Shown: piece by piece, positions 58,547 to 64,000 of the stretch | Layout of the letters: each line of letters opens with the position of its first letter | How positions within the stretch are numbered: position 1 is the stretch's first letter | Source of the DNA: Planctomycetes bacterium UBA1146 | GTDB taxonomy: Bacteria > Planctomycetota > UBA8108 > UBA1146 | Reading direction: 5' to 3' | Length of the DNA stretch: 64,000 bases | NCBI GenBank assembly: GCA_002311345.1 | Contig: DCAA01000026.1 | Location: 214,829-278,828 of the forward strand | Program-made: the position numbers and the translations under genes | Notes under the pieces: model-generated | What the model was told of the DNA's origin: nothing | Database searches by the model: none | The model's input: the letters and a program-made list of their open reading frames with translations, nothing else

Positions 58547-61204
58547 ATGCCGAGACGGCTCGTGATCGTCGAGTCACCCACCAAGGCCAAGACCATCCAG
58601 AAGTATCTCGGCGAGGGCTTCGTCGTCGAGGCCACCGTTGGTCACATCCGCGATTTGCCCCGCAAGGCAAGCCAGGTTCCCGAGGAGCACAAGGAGAATC
58701 AGGTCGTCACCGGGATCACCAACGATTTCGAGGCGATCTACATCCTCGACGAAGACAAGAAATCAACGATTAGCGAGATTCGCAAACAACTGAAGACCGC
58801 TGATGAACTGTACCTCGCCACCGACGCCGACCGCGAGGGTGAAGCCATCTCCTGGCACATTCTCCAGGTACTGAAACCCAAGAAGAGCATCCCTGTAAAA
58901 AGACTGCGTCTGGGTCAGATCACAAAAAGTGCGCTGGAGAAAGCCATCGCCGAACCGGAAGAACTCGATACCTTGCTGGTCGAAGCGCAGGAGGCCAGAC
59001 GCCTGGTCGATCGCCTCTACGGATTTCCCGTCTCCAGTCTTCTGTGGCGCAAAATCGCCCAGGGTCTCTCGGCAGGGCGAGTACAGACAGTGGCCATCCG
59101 GCTGCTTGTGGACCGTGAAAAAGAACGACTCGTCTTCATCTCGGCGGTTTTCTGGGATCTGGATGCAGTCTTTCGTACCGGTGCCGGCGATACCTTCGAG
59201 ACGAAGTTGCTCGACATCGGCGGAAATGCGATCGCCCAGAGCAAGGACTTCGGTGACAACGGGAAACTCAAGAAGGAATCCGCCGACCGCAAAATCCTGA
59301 CCTCCGACGAGGCGCACTCTCTTCGTGATCGATTCTCCTCATCTTCCTTCAAGGTCTCATCTCTGGAGGAAAAGCCCTACACGCGAAAACCTCCCGTTCC
59401 CTTCATCACCAGCGGACTCCAGCAGGAGGCGAGCAACCGCCTCGGTTACTCCCCTTCCAGGACGATGCGAGCGGCCAATGCACTGTTCCAGAAGGGATTC
59501 ATCACCTACGTACGCACCGACAACTATGTGCTGGCTGCCGAGGCGCTGCAGGCGATCGAGGATCTGATCTCCAGCAGGTTCGGCGCCTCGGAGCATGCCC
59601 CCCGTAACTTCGGAACCCTCTCCGAGAAGGCTGGAGGGGAGCACGAGCCGATCCGTCCCGCCGATTTCGTCGATCCGCAGGATGTTGCCGGCAAGGTCGG
59701 AGATGACGAAGGCCGACTCTACGAACTGATCTGGAAGCGTACCGTCGCCACCCAGATGAAGCCTGCTACTGGACGCACCGTGATCGTCGAGGTTGAAGAA
59801 GAGCACGATGACGGCGCACGTTACCAGGCTCGAGGCACCGTCATCGACGATCCAGGTTTCCTCCGTGTCGATCCTGCCGGTACCAAGGAGACGATTCTGC
59901 CACCGGTGGCAATCGGAGATAAGGTCGACATCTCCGACCTGAATCCGGAAGAACACAGCACACAACCGATCGGTCGCTACACGGAAGCCGGTCTCATCAA
60001 AGAGATGGAAAAGCGTGGTATCGGTCGCCCCAGTACCTACGCCGCGATCATCGAACGGATCCAGCAGGCGGCCTATACGTTCCGCAAGAACAAGGCCCTG
60101 GTTCCAACATGGACCGCCTTCGCTGTGGTTCGCCTGATGGAAGAACACTTCGCGCACTTCGTCGAGTACACATTTACCAAGAAGATGGAAGACGACCTCG
60201 ACGAGATCGCAAGGGGCGTGAAAAGTCGACAGGAATATCTACGAAACTTCTGGTCCGGAAACGGCGAGACGGGACTCTCTGGACTCATCGAAGCCGGCAT
60301 GAAATCGATCGATCCGGCGCAGATCTGCCGCTTCCCGATGCCCTTTGCCAATGGAGATCCGTGGAAATTCCGGGATCAAGAAGTGGTACTCCGGGTCGGT
60401 AGATACGGACCCTACCTGGAAGCCGGCGAAATTCGAGGCAACATCCCGGAGGAACTGTGCCCTGACGAACTCGATGAGAAAAAGATGGATGAAATCCTTC
60501 AGGCCGGTGCGCGCAAGGACGAACCACTCGGTCATTGCAGCGCCACCGGCAAACCGATCTTCATCAAGAGTGGTCGCTTCGGTCCTTATATACAGCGCGG
60601 AGATTCCGATTCGGATGAGAAACCGGAGTTCGCCTCGCTTCTGAAGGATATGGAGCCTGAAAGCGTGACCGTGGATGTCGCCATCCAACTACTTCAACTG
60701 AAGGAAGGACGCGTCTGCGGAACCACCACAGAAGGCCAGAAAATCCGCGTCTGTAACGGCCGCTACGGGCTCTACATAAAAGCAGACAAGGAAACTCGCA
60801 GTCTCGAGGAAGGGGATGATCCCTTCACCGTCGATGAGGAGCGTTGCCGCGTTCTGCTCGCACAACCGAAGAAGCGCGGACGGGCGGCAGCAAGACCACC
60901 GATCCAGGTCTTCGAAAATGTCATCGAACTAGACGGAGCCACCATCGAGATCAAGGACGGTCGCTTCGGGCCTTACGCCACCGATGGAGAGACCAACGCC
61001 ACCCTCACCCGCGACCAGGATCCGGAAAAGATCTCCTCCTCCCAGGCCGCCAACCGCATCCTCGAGAAACGTGAACGTGACGCCAAGAAGGGCAAGAAAA
61101 AAACCAAGAAGAAGACCACCAAGAAAAAGGCCAAAAAGAAGACCACTAAGAAAAAGGCCAAAAAGAAGACCACTAAAAAGAAAACTACTAAAAAGAGCGA
61201 GTGA
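58547..61204 (+). CDS. topA: DNA topoisomerase I with C-terminal GRxGPY-type repeats and lysine-rich tail
   Basis: Toprim (TopA) motifs (LVIVESPTKAKTI…, …ATDADREGEAIS…), active-site Tyr region, four C-terminal GR[FY]GPY repeats, tail KKGKKKTKKKTTKKKAKKK…. Confidence 0.9.
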   Translation: MPRRLVIVESPTKAKTIQKYLGEGFVVEATVGHIRDLPRKASQVPEEHKENQVVTGITNDFEAIYILDEDKKSTISEIRKQLKTADELYLATDADREGEAISWHILQVLKPKKSIPVKRLRLGQITKSALEKAIAEPEELDTLLVEAQEARRLVDRLYGFPVSSLLWRKIAQGLSAGRVQTVAIRLLVDREKERLVFISAVFWDLDAVFRTGAGDTFETKLLDIGGNAIAQSKDFGDNGKLKKESADRKILTSDEAHSLRDRFSSSSFKVSSLEEKPYTRKPPVPFITSGLQQEASNRLGYSPSRTMRAANALFQKGFITYVRTDNYVLAAEALQAIEDLISSRFGASEHAPRNFGTLSEKAGGEHEPIRPADFVDPQDVAGKVGDDEGRLYELIWKRTVATQMKPATGRTVIVEVEEEHDDGARYQARGTVIDDPGFLRVDPAGTKETILPPVAIGDKVDISDLNPEEHSTQPIGRYTEAGLIKEMEKRGIGRPSTYAAIIERIQQAAYTFRKNKALVPTWTAFAVVRLMEEHFAHFVEYTFTKKMEDDLDEIARGVKSRQEYLRNFWSGNGETGLSGLIEAGMKSIDPAQICRFPMPFANGDPWKFRDQEVVLRVGRYGPYLEAGEIRGNIPEELCPDELDEKKMDEILQAGARKDEPLGHCSATGKPIFIKSGRFGPYIQRGDSDSDEKPEFASLLKDMEPESVTVDVAIQLLQLKEGRVCGTTTEGQKIRVCNGRYGLYIKADKETRSLEEGDDPFTVDEERCRVLLAQPKKRGRAAARPPIQVFENVIELDGATIEIKDGRFGPYATDGETNATLTRDQDPEKISSSQAANRILEKRERDAKKGKKKTKKKTTKKKAKKKTTKKKAKKKTTKKKTTKKSE
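61094..61195 (+). repeat. Short tandem nucleotide repeat (27-nt unit AAGAAAAAGGCCAAAAAGAAGACCACT, ×2 plus partial copies) encoding the topA lysine-rich tail
   Basis: Direct repeat visible at 61121-61174 with degenerate flanking copies. Confidence 0.5.
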
Positions 61205-62250
61205 AGGCGGACAAGGTGAAGGAACAGCAATCGAATCGTCCTGCCGGGACCATCTCGAGTGCGGTGATGGTATCCATCTGCATCGTGTTGATCACCATCT
61301 GTGGATGTGCCGGCTCGGATGGAAAAACCACGGGCGACTCGCCGGGGCTATCCGCTTCTGCTCCCGATGATCTGGCCTTCGAGGTGCGCTGGAACGACTC
61401 CCGCGATCAGGTCGAGATTTCCGCCGGTTGTCAATTGCTGACAACCTTGCGCCTCGACCAGCAGCGGCCATGCCTCTTCCCCCTCTATTCGCCGGGTGGA
61501 TCGATGGTGCTTCGACGCTGGCCCATCGAAGAGGCGATCGAGGGTGAATCGAAGGATCACCCCCATCATGCCGGTGCCTGGATCGCTCATGGTTCCGTCG
61601 CCGGGCATGATTTCTGGCACGGAAAAGGAACACGTCAGGTTCCGAGCGAGTGGGAATCCTATCTACTTGATGATGACCATATCCTCATCGTTAGCGGTAA
61701 GTTGTCCTGGGTCGCCGGAGACAACAGGATCCTCGAAGAAACCCGCACCTATGACTTCAGGGTCATCGAAGATGCGTACCGCATCGAAATCTGGAGTCTC
61801 TGGAAATCCGCCAGTGGCCAGACCGTCACGATCGGTGATACAAAGGAGGGCACCTTTGCCCTGCGGCTGGCTCCGACCATGAGACTCGATGGTCCGGTGG
61901 CCGCTGGCAAGAGTTTCAATGCCGATGCCGCGATTGCCGGTGCCATCTGGGGAATGCGCAGCCGCTGGGCCGCCTACAGTGGTCCGATCGATGGACAGCA
62001 AGCAACGGTTGCCCTGCTCGATCATCCGGAGAATCCGAGATATCCGACCTGGTGGCACGCTCGACCTTACGGGCTGTTCGCCGCCAATCCATTCGGCCAG
62101 CATGATTTCGAGAAGGCACCCGCAGGTAGCGGTGATCTTGAAATTGGTCCCGAAGATCACCTGTTCTTTCGCCATCAGTTGCTCATCTTCGATGGTGCGG
62201 TGACTTCCGAACGCGTCGAGCAGGAGTGGATGGATTTCTCCAACAGATAA
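61201..62250 (+). CDS. PmoA-family (DUF6807) putative lipoprotein
   Basis: GTG start overlapping the topA TGA (GTGA); hydrophobic N-terminus with Cys (…VLITICGCAG…); conserved …HHAGAWIAHG…FWHG… region typical of DUF6807. Confidence 0.6.
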   Translation: MKADKVKEQQSNRPAGTISSAVMVSICIVLITICGCAGSDGKTTGDSPGLSASAPDDLAFEVRWNDSRDQVEISAGCQLLTTLRLDQQRPCLFPLYSPGGSMVLRRWPIEEAIEGESKDHPHHAGAWIAHGSVAGHDFWHGKGTRQVPSEWESYLLDDDHILIVSGKLSWVAGDNRILEETRTYDFRVIEDAYRIEIWSLWKSASGQTVTIGDTKEGTFALRLAPTMRLDGPVAAGKSFNADAAIAGAIWGMRSRWAAYSGPIDGQQATVALLDHPENPRYPTWWHARPYGLFAANPFGQHDFEKAPAGSGDLEIGPEDHLFFRHQLLIFDGAVTSERVEQEWMDFSNR

Positions 62251-62293
62251 TCTCATCGAAGCGACGAGCACCGACGCAGTGTTCAGACCGGCA

Positions 62294-62332
62294 TTGACTT
62301 GGAAGAGCCGGACCATCTATCATTTCAGCATG
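62294..62332 (+). promoter_or_regulatory. Sigma70-like promoter (TTGACT-18 nt-TATCAT) positioned to give a leaderless transcript of the downstream hydrolase gene
   Basis: -35 at 62294-62299, -10 at 62318-62323, ATG at 62330 only 6 nt after the -10; no Shine-Dalgarno. Confidence 0.4.
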
Positions 62333-64000
62333 AGAATCTACAAATCACCGCTTCCATCGCTGATTGTGCCGCTGCTGTTGCTGTCCTCCATCGTCTTACC
62401 ATGCAGCGTTCATTCGGCCGAGATCGACCTCACCGGAATGTGGCGCGGTGATATCGATCCGACAGGCACTCCGATTGAACTGATCTTTCACATCACAGCG
62501 ACAGCTGACGGCGGTTGGAGCGGTACCGTCGATACTCCCGCCCAGAACTCCTACGCATTGCCCCTGAGCGGGATTTCCGTCACCACCGATGGTGCTATCA
62601 CCATCGGCGTGGCAGCAACCGGTGGCCTCTACGAGGCGACACTCGATCCCGAAGGCAGTGAGCTGCAAGGGACCTGGAAGCAACGTGGTGCAGAACTGGT
62701 ACTCAACTGCAAGCGAGAACCGCTGCCACCTCCAGTGCCACAAGAAATGGCCGAGACCCTCACCGGAAACTGGGAGGGAATTCTCGAAATTGGAGCGATC
62801 GAGTTGAGAATCGTGGTGAATCTCGTGGCTCATGATGCGGGCTCACTGTCTGGATACATGGTCAGTCCCGATCAGTCCCCCGCCGAGATACCCGTAACCC
62901 GCGTAGATCTTCTCGACGGCGACAAGGTCCGGATCGCCGTCGGATCCGCCTTTCTCAGTCTTGAAATGGCACCCTCCGATGACGGGAATCAACTGTCGGG
63001 ATCTTTCATCCAGGGGCGTGGAAAATTCGACATCACCCTCGAAAAAAAGCAAACCATCACCGGGGTACGGCGCCACCAGGAACCGAAACCACCGTTCCCG
63101 TACCGGGCAGAAGAGATCGCTTACGATAATGAAGGGGCAGGCGTCACTTTCGCAGGGACCCTGACGATCCCCGAGGGAGACGGGCCCTTCCCATCGGTTT
63201 TGATGATCACCGGTTCGGGGGGCCAGGACCGCGACGAGACCATCTTCCAGCATCGCCCCTTCTTCGTCATCGCCGATCACCTGAGCCGCCGCGGCATCGC
63301 GGTGTTGCGAGTCGATGACCGCGGCGTTGGAGGAACCACCGCTGGCGACGAACCGGAAAAAGCGACTACCGAGGACTTCGTCGGAGATGCCCTGTGCGGT
63401 GTCGAGTTCCTGAAGGGGCGCACCGAGATCGCTGCAGACCGGATCGGCCTCATCGGACACAGCGAGGGAGGCGTGATCGCACCGATGGTGGCTCTGAGAA
63501 GCGACGATGTGGCCTTCATCGTCATGATGGCAGGAACCGGAATCCGCGGTGACGATCTGTTACTCAGGCAAAATGAACTGATCGCCAGGGTTTCCGAGGT
63601 CGAAGAGGAAAAGATCAAAGAAGGACTAGAACTCTCGGGAAAGATGTTCGCTGTCGTCCTCGAGGACAGCCTCGATGAGGAGCAGATGCGCTCCCGGCTG
63701 GAAACCATCCTGCGCGAGTCCACGGATCTTAACGAGGAAGAAGAGGGTGTTGAGGTTGAATCCGCGATCGCCTCCACCATCGACCAGTTGATGCTCCCCT
63801 GGGTGCGCTGGTTCCTGCGCTACGATCCGGCGCCGACGCTCGAAAAACTCACCTGCCCGGTACTGGCCATCAACGGTACCCTCGATCTACAGGTCCCCTG
63901 CAAGGAGAACATGGAAGCGATCGAAGCTGCACTGAAACGGGGAAAGAACCCTGACTTCGAGATGATCGAGTTTCCACAACTCAACCATCTGTTCCAGCAT
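62330..64000 (+). CDS. Secreted alpha/beta-hydrolase (GxSxG: GHSEGG) with N-terminal beta-rich domain; 3' end beyond window
   Basis: Open frame from ATG 62330 to the window end (557 codons, no stop). Signal peptide MRIYKSPLPSLIVPLLLLSSIVLPCSVHSA; nucleophile elbow GHSEGG; not in the ORF track because it lacks a stop. Confidence 0.7.
   Translation, partial: MRIYKSPLPSLIVPLLLLSSIVLPCSVHSAEIDLTGMWRGDIDPTGTPIELIFHITATADGGWSGTVDTPAQNSYALPLSGISVTTDGAITIGVAATGGLYEATLDPEGSELQGTWKQRGAELVLNCKREPLPPPVPQEMAETLTGNWEGILEIGAIELRIVVNLVAHDAGSLSGYMVSPDQSPAEIPVTRVDLLDGDKVRIAVGSAFLSLEMAPSDDGNQLSGSFIQGRGKFDITLEKKQTITGVRRHQEPKPPFPYRAEEIAYDNEGAGVTFAGTLTIPEGDGPFPSVLMITGSGGQDRDETIFQHRPFFVIADHLSRRGIAVLRVDDRGVGGTTAGDEPEKATTEDFVGDALCGVEFLKGRTEIAADRIGLIGHSEGGVIAPMVALRSDDVAFIVMMAGTGIRGDDLLLRQNELIARVSEVEEEKIKEGLELSGKMFAVVLEDSLDEEQMRSRLETILRESTDLNEEEEGVEVESAIASTIDQLMLPWVRWFLRYDPAPTLEKLTCPVLAINGTLDLQVPCKENMEAIEAALKRGKNPDFEMIEFPQLNHLFQH

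Overview
GC-rich bacterial chromosomal segment with dense, mostly 4-nt-overlapping (ATGA/GTGA) gene junctions. The PmoA-family DUF6807 lipoprotein, the dockerin/Cys-rich secreted protein and the membrane Ser/Thr kinase suggest a Planctomycetota-like organism, but that is only an impression. Contents left to right: (i) a minus-strand flagellar type-III export operon fliE-fliF-fliH-fliI-fliJ-fliO-fliP-fliQ-fliR-flhB, notable for lacking fliG/fliK/fliL/fliM/fliN and for an flhB that appears genetically split just before the NPTH autocleavage site; (ii) a CNNM/DUF21-CBS membrane protein, tRNA-Ser(UGA), a small coiled-coil membrane protein and metH; (iii) a secreted tri-domain peptidase (M1 + M28 + PDZ) divergent from a membrane Ser/Thr kinase; (iv) an operon of a RadC-like JAB domain fused to a DinG helicase plus a MobA-like nucleotidyltransferase; (v) a secreted, internally duplicated dockerin-type protein with a perfect palindromic terminator; (vi) a complete F-type ATP synthase operon atpZ-I-B-E-F-H-A-G-D-C with a short epsilon; (vii) a TPR/HExxH protein, clpC, and a small zinc-ribbon protein; (viii) a ~17 kb co-directional block of 15 genes (38905-56157) combining a full hydroxyproline/imino-acid catabolic enzyme set (proline-racemase-family epimerase, OoxA/OoxB-like oxidase subunits, DapA-family enzyme, aldehyde dehydrogenase) with a FecCD/TroA-type ABC importer, an NRAMP-like transporter lacking the DPGN metal motif, Old Yellow Enzyme (OYE), an enolase-superfamily enzyme, DUF993, a GT4 glycosyltransferase and an O-methyltransferase; (ix) icd, fpg, topA (actinobacterial-type GRxGPY repeats plus lysine tail), a PmoA-family lipoprotein and a 3'-truncated alpha/beta-hydrolase gene. 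No CRISPR arrays, rRNA or obvious mobile elements were seen.
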